Positions 12,251-26,747 of a DNA stretch of 64,000 bases are shown piece by piece; position 1 is the stretch's first letter, and each line of letters begins with the position of its first letter. Where the stretch lies: contig LSRY02000013.1 in assembly GCA_001643675.2 (NCBI GenBank), forward strand, positions 1,550,001 through 1,614,000, written 5' to 3'. Source of the stretch: Monocercomonoides exilis PA203 (lineage: Eukaryota > Protista > Preaxostyla). The notes under the pieces are model-generated. The model made no database searches, was not told where the DNA came from, and saw only the letters and a program-made list of their open reading frames with translations. The position numbers were made by a program, and so were the translations under genes.

Positions 12251-13844
12251 ATGAGCCAAATTTACGAAAAGGAAAAGCACACTATTGAAGAGTTGGATCA
12301 AAGATTACAGGAATCAGCCTTTCATTACACAACTGATAAAATTAACTCAAAACTTAAAAGATCTTCGCAAGAATTAGAAGAAGTCATTGAAGAAAAAAAA
12401 AGGCAAATACCACCTGCAAAAGAACATGAACCTACAAATATTCCAGATGATTGCTTGCAACTTGTTGAATGTGAAGTTACAAAAACAAAAAGGAAGCGAG
12501 GACGCCAGAAAAAAGCTGTGGTGCCAAAGATCAATGCAAAAGAGAAAAAAAAGTACAACATGCTACCGAATAACATGAGGAACTTACTGAAAGCAGACAA
12601 GCAGGAAGGGAAAACTCTAGCAGAATTGTCGGAAAAATACAATGTTAGCATATCAACAGTTTCAAAAATTGTGCACGAAGAAGAGCCTCCAAAACAGCGA
12701 GGAGGAAAGGTCCACGAAAAAATAACAAAAGAGGCATCTAAAAAAATGGCAGAAATAATATTACGAAAACCAACGGTTACAGCAAAAGATTTGGCAAGTT
12801 CAGTTGCAGATGTTTGCACATCAGAGCCATCAGCTTCAGCGATTGCAAAGAACTTGAAATCAAAAAAAAATGGAAGAGCATGAATGTCAGGTGTTCTCAG
12901 TTAAAAGATTAAGAAAATATGAAAATAAAAGGGCAGATGAAAACACAATGCAACTCAGGAAAGAATACGTGCAAAGATTTCTTCAAAAGCAAGTTGGTGG
13001 AAAAATGATAATTTACATCGATGAGACTGGATTTAAATCGCTTGAACTACAAACAGAAGGACGCTCTCCAGTGGGTCAGAGATGCATTCAGTACAGAGAT
13101 AAAACAAAAGTGGAAACGGTAACAGCAATCACAGCTATTAGCGAATTCTTCGGTATTACCCACGTGACATTTGCAGACGGAACCGTTAACGATCAAAGCT
13201 TTCGAGTGTTCTTGCTATCGCTAATGGAAAAGTTACAAATATTCGAAAAAAATTCTTGCGTTTTCGTGATGGATAATGTGGGATTGCACAAAACAAAAGA
13301 AGTGACTGATTTAATATCATCAAAGAATTACGAAGTTCTTTACACTGCTCCAAACAGCTGTGAGTTGAATCCTATTGAATATGTATTTGGCATATGGAAA
13401 TCACGTTTGACAATTCCAACAACCGTTCGAACAAGTGAACAACTGATTACGCATTTAAGCAAATCACTGGAAACAATTTCAAGAAAGGAAGTCTCCAGAT
13501 GTATAAATTTGGTTAAATGCCACTATCTTCCTTTGGCGCAACAGGGAAAGGATTTGAGTGAAGTATTCCACTTTCAAAGACTGGATTCTGGAGAAATACG
13601 AATTGAGTATATTACTGACGAACTAGAAGATAACCAAATTGTACCTTGTTCATCTGCATCTGCTTCTGCTTCTTCTGCTGTATCTCCTTGTAACGTTCAT
13701 CACAGCTTTGAACAAGTTAATGCACATTTCTCTTCTCATAAAGACCCTGAACTTCCTTCTTCTGTGATTGAGGTTCCTGACTCAAATTCTTCACAGGAAA
13801 CAATTCATGAAAATGAAAAAAATAACGATATGAATGTTGACTAA
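12251..13844 (+). mobile_element. Tc1/IS630-like DD34E transposase split by a +1 frameshift in an A9 run (12862-12870)
   Basis: ORF1 has an HTH (TLAELSEKYNVSISTVSKIV), KQRGG and a second HTH. ORF2 has YIDETG, VMDNVGLH and SCELNPIE with 34 residues between D2 and E. Removing one A fuses them (KSKKMEEH). Element ends are not resolved. Confidence 0.88.
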
Positions 13845-15002
13845 CAAATTGCTTTTTTTTTGTTTCTGTATTTTTTGCATTTTTGAATGAATGAGTGAAG
13901 TTTTTCTTTTTATTGTTTTCTTTTCTTCACTTAAATTTTTTTTGAAAACAATATTAACATTCCTTTCAACCAATCTGTCAATGAATAATCAAAAACAAAC
14001 TTTAAAATAAATTTGTATTTTTTTTTTTTTTTTTTTGAAAAGAACCTCAAAAAATAACATAATATAACTATTTCAATCGCAATATTATGAACATAGAATT
14101 TATTTGAGAAAATTTAGGTACTTTCGATTTCGAATTATTAATTCCGAAATCGAATTATTTTTTTTCGAAATTGAATTATTTTTGGTGTATCATAACAGAT
14201 TATATTTTCCTTATATGCTGACTGAAGACTTATATGAATATTTTATGAATGTTTGAGTAAATGAGATGTTGTTTATTTTGTAACTCAAAATTTTATTTTT
14301 TCTTTTTTTGCCATTTCACAGAATAGAAAACAAACAGTCGTTTGAATCTTTAATTAAATATTTTTCCCCCCATAACTTCAAAATGCAACAAAGCAATTGA
14401 ATAAAATTGAAAAAACAAAGTGCAAAAAAATCCCAAAGTTAAAATTTCCCAAAGATGGTCATAAAGTTCTTTATCTTTATTGGTTATTTAAGAAAAGTGA
14501 ATTGAAATTAAAATTTGCAGAATTTGATTGAGTTAGGAAATATAATATAAATTGTTGATAGACTATTTCGCTTAACAGAAGAAGAAGAAGTAAAAGAAGA
14601 AGAAGAAGAAGAAGATGATGATGATGAAGGAGGAGGAGGAGGAGGACGAGGAGAAGGAGAAGGAGAAGGAGAAGGAGAAAAAAGAGAAGGAGAAGAAGAA
14701 GAGGAAGAGGAAGAAAAAGAAGAGGAAGAAAAAGAAGGTGAAAAAAAAGGTGTAGAAGAACGAATGAACTGGAATTGACATTATTGATGAAAAAGATTCT
14801 TTTCGGCTATCTATAAATTTCCTCCTCTCTTCTTCTTCTTCTTCTTCTTCTTCTTCTTTTTCTTCTTCTTCTGTTTCCTTTCTTTTTCTGGCTGAACAAA
14901 TCCAATTTCTGAAAAGTTTGAAACAGAAAAAGCTCTTTTGATTTAAACGAATGCAAAATAATATGAAGTGTTCAAAGAAAAATTATCATCAAAATATTAT
15001 CT

Positions 15003-16260
15003 TTAAAGAGAATCATATATTTCATGAAAGCTTGTGATGATATCTTCATATCTTTCTTCTTCCATCTTTTCAAATATCTTTTTTTTCGTTGCCTTTCTTT
15101 TTGCTTCTTCCATTTCATCCTGCTCCTTTTCTTTCAGTCGCTTTGAAATATTCAAAAAGAAGTGAACGCTTTTATATGTCACTCCTTCATTCAACGTCGA
15201 TTGATTCATTTCCTCCAAAACAGCATCAATAGCTCCTCCTTTGAACAAGTCTTCGACATACACATTTTTGCCTTCTGCTGCATTTCTAAAGAAATAAATG
15301 CACTTGTGACAATTTTCTCTGTGATTATTCTTCGCTGCTCCAAATATCTGAACAATGCTGTCGATTAGTCCAGCAAGTTCTTCGTTCCACAATGTGTATG
15401 AGTATAAGAACATATCAATTGCATCGAACCATCTCCCGATTATAAGTACTTCTTTCACTTCTTCTTTTCCCATTTCCTCTACTTTTCTCTCTCAATCCAC
15501 ACACTTTGACAGATCTTCGATTTCTCCTGCTGCCTCTCTTACAAAATGCAGTTCTTTCATCATCACTTCTTCCAAGCTTTCGTCAGCTTTCAATCTGCAA
15601 ATCAAAAAGTCCCAAGCCGATTGATAAGCAAGTCTTGTGAGAATGTGATTCTCTTGATGATATTTGATGATTTCTTTGATTTCATTCAGATAAATTTTTT
15701 GTTGGATGGACTTTCAAATAAACAAAGATAAAAATTAAAAACATCAAAAAAAAAAAATAGTTTTCATACTATTAGTCCAAAAGTTGTCAAACCCAACAAT
15801 GCTATTTCCGCTTCTTTCTCAGTCTCCTTGTTTTCCTCTTTATTCAACGCAACTTTTAGAAGGCAAGGCACACAGATCGATAACAATTCAGGTGGGAAAT
15901 CATGACAAAGAGAAATATAGCATTCGCAAAGATCAACGACACGATTTTCATTTCTTTTTTCTGATCTTCTTCTTCAATCATCTTCGCAAAACTAACTTTC
16001 AACAATAATAACAACAATCAAAAAAATGCATAGCCATTGGACCAAATATTTTTCATTTCCCTCCAATAAACAATATGCTTCAACAACATAATGGAATTTT
16101 TCAAACCAATTTACTTTTTTTCTGTCATTTTGTGAATTTTATTGAACTGTTCAGTCATGAAAACATGTTGGAATTCTTCTTCGTTCATATCATCCATGAT
16201 TTCTTTCATTTCTCAAATTTTCTATCTTTGTGCATTCTCGTAGTTATGTCCCATCTCATG
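15003..16260 (-). pseudogene. Broken member of a lineage-specific helical-repeat gene family
   Basis: ORF 15003-15473 (GAIDAVLEEM...EEAKRKATKKKIFEKMEEE) plus upstream coding-like fragments with stops. Confidence 0.45.
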
Positions 16261-19200
16261 AAGAAATCCTTCAAAAAAAAAAATAAATAGTTAAATGCAA
16301 TAATCATGAAATAAAAAAATCAGCAGACAAACAAAGATATTTTTTGATGAAATACAATTTGTACGTATTTCGAAGTTGTCATTTCAATAAAACATCATGA
16401 TGTTTGTTAATCTTATTGAACAAACAAAAAGTTGAAAAGAAATATTTTTTATGCAATTCATACGTATAGCATTCTCAATAATTTCAAATTTCACACTATT
16501 ACGTAAAGAAATATGCATATTTTATTTGATTATATTGAATATAACTTGAATTTTAACTTGAATCATATTGTAATGAGATCTTTTGATCAATCATTTTTTA
16601 TTGATTTTAAATATAACATATGAAAATTCACTATAAAATGTTATGTTTCAATTAAGGCTGTCTGACCTGACAAATCATTTTTTGTCTCGTACGTCGCTAA
16701 AAAAAAAATAAATAATAATTAAATAAATAAAATAAAATAAAATATAAAATATAAAATTAAAAATAAAAAATAAAAAATAAAAAATAAAAAATAAAAAATA
16801 AAAAATAAAAAATAAAAAATAAAAAATTATAATTATCGTTATTATTATAATTATTATCGCCATCATCATAAATAAATGATATTTTTTATTTTTTTTAGTG
16901 TTTTTGTTTGTTAGTCAAAGTTTGACAACAGTTTATTTTTTTACAAAATATCCCATTATGAAATATTTTTTTATTTCAAACAATTCCATCATCTCTCCTG
17001 TTCTTTAAAAACATTTCAAAGTGTTTATGATCAATTCCTTATTTAATTTCAGTGTTGCAGTTAATTTATTATTTTTCGTGTTTTTTTTCAATGTTTCGGA
17101 ATAATCGAGAAACTGCATTTTTTCGAAACAAGTGGCAGGATTAAACTATCGGGCTGTCGAAAACTTCACTGTCAATATTACTGTTATCGAATTGTTATCA
17201 TTCGTTGAATGAAATTTTCTAATTTTTGTTTCACTAACTTTTTGTTCAATTTTCTTTTGCATTGTTACAGCCTTATGAAAGCGGAATAAATGCATTTATT
17301 TTGGTTTTTTGTAGCACTTGACGCTTCCATTAACAAGCTGAATCATTTTGATGAATCATTTGTTTGTTTTTTAAATTGTTTCTCATGTTTAATGAATGAT
17401 AATATTTTTCTTTGATTTCTATCCTTGTGCACAAATAAGTTATTGTTAAGTAATGATTTCAGTGAGTGAAAGAAAATATGAAAATGTTTGATTCTTTTCA
17501 ATCAAAAACTCTTTCATTTATTCTTTCCGGTTTGAAGGAACATTGAAAGTTTTAGAATGTTTTATTTTTTCCAGTTTGAAAAAATTAACATTAATTGAAA
17601 TACCCTATATTTGAAAATTTTTTAAGTTGAAGTGCTGGTTTTCATTTTTGATTTGAAAAATTTTGGTGAAAGTCATCATCAATTTTATCGAGAAGTCTCT
17701 AAACATGTCAATAAATCAGGAGAAACAACAAAGATTGAACAAAAGCAATATGAAAGAAAATGAACTCATGTGGAGCAAACAAGAGAATAATTAACATCAG
17801 TAATACACACCCATCAATCAGCATCGAAAGAAATAACAAATGAAAGAGCAGAGAGGTCTTTTTGACATTATCAAATGATAATTCCCATATTTTTGAAGAA
17901 CAAAAAGAAAAAAAACATAAAGATAATGAGGAACAAAGTACCAAGAAAAGTTGTCTCAAACAGAAACAGAACCTGTTCAGCAACGAGGATATGTTGCACT
18001 TATGAATGAGCTCCAACATCATCACATCGTTGTGAAAAGAACAAAACAATTATTTTTAATCCGGAATTTGAGTCTTCTGTTTTCACATTTACAAAGATTG
18101 CTGTCTAAGAATCAAGGAGATGCTGATTCAATTCGAAAACAGGGCTGAAGACTATTCTGAAGATTTTCTTTTTGCAAATGGAAAGAAGCTGCTTATTTTG
18201 TTCTTATCGAATGGTTTGTGCTTTCATCACCAAGTACTTTAACTTCTTATTCCTCCTCTTTTACCACACAACAGTCTCTTCATCTGCTTCCTCATCTTCA
18301 TCCGCTTTTTCTCAACAACAATCACTACCAACTACTCATTAATCCATTTGAATTGAACATGCGCATCAGAAAGAAGAGCAAATGTTGAGATGTCTTTTGA
18401 ACATCGAAGCAGTGATAGCGTATCTGAGGCAGCCTGGCAAATGTTTCATACAAGGAAAGAGAGAAGCTTAAGCAGAAACTTTCACAAAAATAGTGGTAAT
18501 GATGTGGTCGACAAGGTTAAGATATCATAAAAAATCACTGAAAAGAAAAGAAGCAACAATCATCCAAAGAATGTGAAAGACATTTCTGGCAAGACAATGG
18601 ATCCAGAAAAAGCTGGAGGTGATGCAAGCAAGCTGGAGGAGAAGTGTATTGAGCAACTGCAGTAGCTTTGAATAGAATTGGATGAAATCATCTTGAAGAT
18701 AAACGAGCATTCATTAGTCTCTAGCTTCAATAATTGGATTATTGGTTAGGAAATAAAATTGAAGTTAACTCAAACATTTTTGAACTGAAGTTTAAAAAAG
18801 AAAACATAAACATTTCACACTGACTGTTGTCTGATTCAAATATTCAATAACATAATCGATTCAGTTTCTTTCAATCTCTCTTGTTCTCTTTCTTTCAAGC
18901 CTTTTTTTTTTATTCATCTTCCTTTTTTTCTCGTTTCCAAAGCTCTCTCAATATCTCTATCATCTTTTTCTTGTTCCTCATCAACATCAAGTATTCATCT
19001 TCGTCTTTTAAAACTTCTCACATTATCTCAGTCCTTCTGTAATTGCTTCAACAGATATCCTTTAAGACTTATCTGCTTCTTCTTAATCCCCTCTGTTTTA
19101 TGCGATTCAAATCTCTTGTTGAATTCAGTGAATCCACGAAGCTCTGCGCAAATCACATTCTGAGGTTTAGAGCAAACCAGATACTTTTGTTTCATCTGCC

Positions 19201-22094
19201 CCTTCTTTCATTAACAAATGCCTTCCCATTCCAAGAGTTTCCAGAACTTGAGATGCAATGGCTTCTTTTTGCTTTCTCTGTTTCTCTTTGATTCTTTCCA
19301 TAAACTCCCTGCGCTCTATGCGATAACTTCCTTTCACTCCATTTCATCCTTCTTCATCATTCTCTTCTCATCTTCCTTCACCTTCAATTCAATCTCTGCG
19401 GGCGATAGAACCACATTCTCCATCTGAAGTTCAGCATCATGAAGTGCTTTCTCAACAATCTCGCTCAAAAGCAAGCTTCAACGCCTTCGCATTTGCACGT
19501 AGTTTTATGTTATTCAAAATCAAACATTTTCATTGTCCGACTTTGACACTTGCATTCATTATCAAGTGAAAATAAACAATCAGCCTTCCTTCCAAATTAA
19601 ACAAGTCCAATTTGAAAATTTGGAATATAATTGACCATGTTGTGTTTTCATCAAATACTCACAAATATCAGAAAATTTTTCACCTGATTATTCTATTCTG
19701 TTTTACATAAAGATGAGAGTATTTTCAATATTTTGGTATTCTCTTTTTCAAACGATGAAATGAAATATGAAATAACTCTATCATTTGGAGAGAGTGAAAA
19801 ATAGAAAACAATGATTCTTTGATGTTAAAAAAGAATGAACAATAATAGTTATTCTTCAAAAAAGCAATGATAAAAGCGATTCAAAAGAATGCGAATGTCG
19901 ACGATCACCTATCATGCGCTTAAGACTGGAAAAAATAAATACACATGCAGATTCATTGCAATGTGCAGTGATAATGTTATGACAAATGTTATCGAAAACA
20001 GTCTCCACTTCCTCGCGAAGAAATGTGACCTTTTAAAATTGTCAAACTCTCCAGGAAACAAATCGGCATTGTTGTCATTGAATGAGTTTTGAATTATGAT
20101 AAGATATTTTATTTGTGTGATTCTTTATGGGATCATTAAAATCGTCTCTTCAAATTAAATGTTTTAATAATGAGCTCAATTTTATTTCTTTTATTTGAAA
20201 TACTTGAATAATATAAATGAAACTTCATTTAACGTATTTTTATTGAGCCAACTATATTTTGAATAAACCAAAACAACCTCATTATAAAATTTGTTTTCAA
20301 ATAAGTTTCATCCATATTTCTCCATAACACAATCGAAACCAAAACCTTATAAATATCAATTTGAATAGAATCGACTTATATTTCAACTTATACAAAAGTG
20401 GTTTGTGAATAAATTTATGTTTCATCATTTCCAAATTACGAATGTTTTTCAAAAAGAAATAAGCACAATCAATGAAAAGAAAATCTGCAGCCACAAGACG
20501 GATGGAAAACATTGCACATGTGAACACATTCAAACGAACAGGAAGCGAAATTCATTCGAATTCTTAAAGAATCTCTAAACTGTGTCTTTATTTTTTTTCC
20601 AGTTTAAAAAAGTATGCAGAGTTTTTGTTTTTGAAAAAACATTGAATGGACACTATTTGTGTTTTATTTTTTTAAAGATCAATTTGTTAATTCATGGATA
20701 ACATCTTTCAATATAAAAAAACATTTCATTTATTTTCAACGGATCAATTTCTCTGGGAAAGACGCTTTCAAAAACGAAATCGTTGAAATTTGACTTTTTC
20801 TAAATATTTGATAGAAGAGGTTTATTGCAGTTTGGAAATTCTATTTATTAAGATGAAAATCTTATTCTTTGCATTTATGTATTGTTTGTTCTGAAAAATT
20901 GAAGAAATATGATATCTTTCAATTTGATTATTATTTCTTGAATCATTCCTTTCTTTATTTAATGTTTATTTTTTCTCATCTTCATTTTTTCTAAACAGAA
21001 TAAATGATCTTCAATGCTGATTAATAAATTCATTTATTCACAAGATAATAAAAGAGTTATTGGTTTTTTTCAATAAAAAACACCAAGTGCCTTTGTTATG
21101 AGCTTTCTGTCACAAAAAAGTGATGGAACATTTGAATTTTGAGGTGTGCCTTCACCAATTTTTGTTCAGTTTTATATTAATTTTTTCAAAAATCAGTTTC
21201 GTATTATGTGTGCTCTGTATTACATGGAGATGATAAAGAGAGAAGCAAATGCAAAACAGAAAAGTTTATATGAAAATGCGAATGGAAAAGTTGTTGTGGC
21301 TATGCGAAGAGGAAAATGAATAATCGGCTGGGATATGTGAAGATGATAAAAGCTATTAGAAAAGGATAAGTTCTTTTGCGCCATTGCAAGACATTGCTGT
21401 CTGAATCATGAGCGAGCATGACGTAGCTGAGCTCAACTTTAACATGCCTTGTTTGAGATATGGGAGTTAAAAGAAGACAATCAGTGCTGGGGAAAAGAAT
21501 ATTTCAATTATTTGGAGATGGAGGACAATGAGTAAATTCGATTTATATTTTCTGATTTCGCCTTCGGTTATTCTGCATAGTTAGACAAGAGCGCAGCTGA
21601 GTGTTTGGAAAGTTGGGATCGGTCACAACACAATATGAAATTCAAAGATAAGTGTATTTGTTACATTGCGGAGAAGCTGGTCACTTTCATTTTAAATTTT
21701 GGCTCTTATCATTTTAATTATTTGCGAAAGTCAATGGAGGAATACTAGGAGGTGAAAGTTCCGTTTATTTTACGAATTTGTTCAAGGTTTTTAGAGTCTT
21801 GAACAAAAGGGTTTGCGAGAATGAAATTTTTTAAATTGTTCATGTATCTCGATGAATGTTTATGCTAAACTCTTCTTGAACAATTACAACAAGTGCACTT
21901 CATCATCAGATGTTGTTGTGTTGTATTCATTTTTAACATCTTCACCATCGAAAAAAGTTGAACATTGCATTTTTCCCAAAAAGAAAAGACAATATTTAAT
22001 AGAAATTCAACCAAAGGCAATTCATCTCGTCTTTCTTCAATTACAAGAAAACTGATGCTTTGTGTTTACCTTTTTTCTATGAGAAACTTTGTCG

Positions 22095-22260
22095 ATGGAC
22101 ATATTTAATTAAGTAGTTTATGGAACAGTCATTTCCCCAAAGTTCTTTTTCATCCTCAACAAATGTTGGATAACATTTTTTGCATCCCTAAGCAATAGCG
22201 CCTCTTATCCAAGTCTGAATAAAATAATTCTGGATTATTTAATTAAATGAACGAAGTTGC
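22095..22260 (-). ncRNA. Degenerate copy of the structured 3' element downstream of USP-transposase copy 1
   Basis: Retains UGCUUAG (22194-22188) followed by a GGAU..AUCC hairpin. The plus-strand gtttat-ggaacagtcatt-tccccaaag aligns with gtttatcctgggaggctgattctgtccccaaag of copy 3. Confidence 0.4.
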
Positions 22261-22312
22261 ATTGAACATCACTCAAACAAGATTCCAGCAAGGCATGTGC
22301 AATTGCAATAGC

Positions 22313-25300
22313 TTATGTTGATGAACATTCAAAGTTATTATTAAATTGCATTGAAAAAGTTCCATCTCTGAAAAGTGCAAGTCTTCGCTCAATAATATTC
22401 TGAAATTGTTGTGAAACAAAAAGAGTGTTGCTGTCAATTGACTTTGAATTGAAAGTTTTTCTTTCTTGTTGAATTAAAAGCTTTGATTCAGTCACATCCA
22501 GAGGAACAAGAGAGCGCTGCGGTTCGAATCCGACAGCAGATCCACTGATCAAAGTTCCACTTCGTTCAAAATACAAAAAATCCTTCATTCTTAGAACATT
22601 CAACGCTGACCAATATTTATTTTCTGAAGGTTGATATTCCTCAAAAAATCTTTGATGAAATTCACAATTTGCGCAAGCTGATGAATACGAGTTCGAATGA
22701 AAACAATTTGAAGTTTTTTCATTTTTAGAAAAAGAAAATGATTGACTTGTTTTTATTGTATTGTTAAAGAATAACAGAAGATCTTGCAATGTTGTTATTG
22801 TTTCTGAAGATATGTTGTTGTTTATTGCATTAACATACACGCTAAACTCACTGTCGCCCAAATTCTTTCCATGATGCTCAACAAAGAAGTTGAGCTCACA
22901 ACGTTTATTTTTGAATAACTTTGTTTTGTTTGACAAGATGAAATGCAACACGAACCGATTTCTATTGTGCGATCCAGTATCGCAGAAGAATTTGAATGAT
23001 GTTGCCTCGCTGAAATAAGATCTTGTCAATACAGATTCAATGCATTCAATGACATAACGATAATCGTTGCTCAGACAATTAGAAAGAAAGTTAAACGTTT
23101 TTTTATACAGGCCAGATCTGTTCATTTGAAGAGTGATAACTGAAAAATGAGAAATCTGTTAATAATCATAAAATTCTTGCTGCAGTTGATTTCTTCGAAT
23201 CGGAAGCTTCCACTTTTCTTTGAAATCAAACAGGCATATAACCTCATTGTCCGTTAGATTTTATACTGTATTTCGAAAATGTACTCTCTGCCATTTAGCC
23301 ATTTTTTTGTGATGTTTTAGTAAATACAAAGTTTTTGACTGATTTATGTTCAAACATTTTCCTTCTGTCAACGCAGCATTTTTCTTTTCCAATTGTTCCA
23401 ATTTTTGGCATAGCCCACAAAGATCTGTTCTTCGTTTGGCTTTCTGAAATTGCGTAGTCAAGTTGTAAAAGTGTGATAAAGAAATATTGATGCTTGTTTC
23501 CTTTGTGAAGCTTTCCCACAGTATCGGTTTTGGAACAAATATTATGCGTTTTTCGTACGGTGAGAATATTGGAAGTGGATTGCGATGTGATTTAGAAAAA
23601 TAATTAAGCGGTTTCAAAGTTGATTGAAATGAAAATGAAAACCCATATTTTGTTCTCTGAATTGCTCCTTTTAGTTCAACAAAAGATATTGATGAACTTC
23701 TCTTCTTCTATGCGTCATGTTCGTCTGTTCCTCCCTTCAAAATGGAAATATTGGAATGGTCATCTTCTTTTTTCGCAAAGAATGTTAAGGCTGGCATATA
23801 TCCATTTTTCGCAACGATGAGCCAAGAATTGAAAAAGTTTTCATTTGAAATATGATTCACAAAAGAATCGTTGCAGATAATCCATTTATTTTGACCATTT
23901 GAATCTTTCCGAACTATTGATATGTTATGGCCTGAGTTCTCTCCTATTTTTTTTATTTAAACCTTGTACCACAAGAACATATTTTGTCACAGCATCCCGA
24001 TCAGAGTTATACATCATATTATCCAAATAACTGTTTTCATTTACAACGTTGAGCTTATCTTTTTCCGGATCGTATTTGAATATAATTGATTCTTGAGGTA
24101 CTGCCGTTGTTGATTGAGTGCATATGTGAGCTAATACTAAAACTTTGGGAAATAGAATGAATCTGGCCCAACGACTTGATGGACATAAGGAATAGTAAGT
24201 TGAACATTTGTACAAATTGTTTTCTGACAAATTCTCTCTGGTAAGTTCTTTATTCAATCCATTCAAGACAGATCCACTGTTAATGAAGAATGTTGAAGAT
24301 CTATTTTCTTGAACTTCACTTATATGGTTGCATTTTGAACACTGAGTGAAACGAGATATTTTTGGTCCAAAATGGTTTTCGTCGCACAATCCGTTGAAAA
24401 TAAATAAATTTTCGAATCGTTGAAATGCATCAATTACATTTTGTTGTTCACGATGACCATAATTGCAGTGTTGATCCCATTTATCAATTGTTTCATGATT
24501 CCACTGATCAGGAATTGAGTCGTGATCATTTAGATTGTTACAAATTCTCTCCAACGATGATGATAAATTATCCCTTTTGTTTTCATAATATTGAAGTGGA
24601 TGAAACTGAATTGAAGATGCGACACATTGAAGAATTGAAGCTATGTAACAGGTGTTGTTTAAATTAGGAAGTCCAAAATGGTGGTGGTCGCTGTTGTTTC
24701 CATGGATTTGATTTTCACTTCTGATGATGAATTTATCAAATTCTGTATTTTTAAGCAATTCCATTGAGGATAATGAGTGATTGATGTTATCTTTTGACGA
24801 AATAATTGATTCGTTGAAGTCAGTTGAAAAAGATGAAGATGAATATAAGAGTATTTTACTGGTTAAATATTCTTGATCGAAGTTGGAAACATCAAACAGA
24901 AATTATTGATATTTCTTATCGCAATTGTTGAAAACACTTGTTTCTAATTCATAGTCAGTCTCTTGCAAATGGATGTTGTTTGATTCATTTGAATTTTGTT
25001 CTTTCAATTCACTGGATTTTACCTCTCTGCTCGAATGAACGTGTTTTTTGGTTATGAAAGAATTTTTTGAGAAGTTATACGAAAATAAATCTTTCGGAAA
25101 AGGTGGACGACATTGTTTCACTTCCGAATATGTCATTGCATTTGCATCTCCATCGCTTTGATAATCGATTGAGCATTTACAATCCGAAGGAAATGAATCA
25201 GAAGGAGGAAGGGAATTAGATAAATTCATTGAAGATCCATCATTTTTAAGAGTTGAATTCCTTTCAAGTTTTACTGTTGAATATCCCAGTTTTTTCTTTT

Positions 25301-26428
25301 CGTCAAACCTCCTCCAGCCATCCGAGAGTTCGGTTTCCTCTGAACATTCACTTTGAGAGGCTCTTTTTGATTTGTTAGGAACTTTTGCAATAAAAGTGAT
25401 ATCGAATTTTTTATTGATGGAAGAAATATCTTTTTCATTCTGTGGTTGTTTTGCATGAAGATTAGGGTCTTCAGTGTTTATAATCATGAGATTATTCCAA
25501 GCTTTTTCATCTAAAAATTCTTCTTCTTCAGTTGCTTTTTTCTTTTTCCTGCGAATTGAAACTATTGAAGATAATTCTGTTGAATGATTTATCATCCAAT
25601 CATTCCCTTTCTTCCATTCTGTTTCACTTAATCCTACAATACATCATTAAAATTGAGTTGTATAGTTATTAATTGAAAGTGATAATATGTCAGAACCTTT
25701 TCTTTTTGGAGGAATAACTGATTCGAGTGGCTTTTCAACTTTGTTGAAGTTTTTTTTCAAAGTTTGTTTTGCGTGATTTATTTTCCCTTGAGTAACATTG
25801 AATCCTAAATCTTCTAATTTTTTCAACGATGAGCATTTGGAAATAGCTTGTAAAAGCATCGTTTGAGTATGTTTCTGAGCGGAATTGTAAACGATGGATA
25901 AGTCTTCAATCAATTGATGAAAAGGTTCTGTGAAATTGACATTATTATAATTTTTCCAACAAAATATGGGTGATTATTTTTGAAATCATAACTTTTTTCT
26001 GGGTGTTGTTTCTTCAAAGGCTTAATTTCTTTGAAGACAGTTTATACATTCAAAAGAAATAAATTAATGATGATTGTTCGAAATAACAATGTTTGAGAGA
26101 ATATTCATGAAAAAATTTTTTGTAATGAATATAAACTTTTCTGTGTTCATTTTTCATTATTAAAAGTGGATTCTTAAACCGAAAATATTGATAGAGAAAA
26201 CATGGATACAAAAATAATCACCCATATCGATTAAAAAATCTATGCAAAGTGTTTATTTTTCAAACCGTTCAGCTCTCTCCTTATTCTTTTAGTTGTCTCT
26301 TCTGCATCTTTGAGCTTTGTAAAAAAGTAAATTAGAAGTTCCTCTACATTATTTCCACCGATTCTTTTTGTTTCTTCCCAAAAAGCTTTTGCCTTTCTTG
26401 ATAATGTGTATTCTGGAAGAATGTTCAT
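22313..26428 (-). pseudogene. USP (C19 deubiquitinase)-containing Sola-like DDD transposase, copy 1 (disrupted)
   Basis: Exon 1 26428-26266; intron to 25928; second intron near 25700-25635. USP motifs: Cys box GLPNLNNTCYIASILQC, QQNVIDAF, YKC..FPKVLVL, and after a frameshift near 23950 the His box NSGHN...WIICNDSFV. Transposase motifs: KAKRRTDLCGLC, LFDFKEKW, FCDTGSHNRN, FFVEHHGKNLGD. Several in-frame stops. Confidence 0.82.
25967..26224. mobile_element. 258-bp MITE with TA flanks, inserted in intron 1 of USP-transposase copy 1
   Basis: TIR tgggtgattatttttg / caaaaataatcaccca; TA at 25965-25966 and 26225-26226. Confidence 0.85.
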
Positions 26429-26747
26429 AAAGAATTTGTTGAGAAAAAAATTAATGAAAAAATGTAAAAATGATCAAAAGGATTATTTTTTAATTGATTG
26501 CTGCTAACCTCATAAAAGAAAAACATTTACAATTTCAGAATAGAAACTTCTCAAATCGACATCAAATTTGTTGCGCAATTCACTCGAAACATTTTTTCTT
26601 ATGTTTCAGTGAACGCATTTTCTTCATCTTTAATCCTTTTCTTTCATTCATTATTTTATCTCCACAAACAAATCTTCTTTTTTCGTTCAAAAAAAGAGAT
26701 GCTTCCTTTTTGCCACAACCAATGCAGAAAGCGGCTCATCTGCTCCG

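Noticed and set aside
11996-14190. TIRs for the Tc1-like element (ta|cacaaataaat ... attatttttggtg|ta)
   Set aside because: The match is too short and AT-rich to call; ends left unresolved.
16710-16830. CRISPR-like or telomeric array
   Set aside because: Simple (taaaaaa)n/(taaaa)n AT repeat without unique spacers.
17700-22055. hAT transposase or small GTPase inside the 14-kb element
   Set aside because: Only short degenerate coding-like fragments with no diagnostic motifs.
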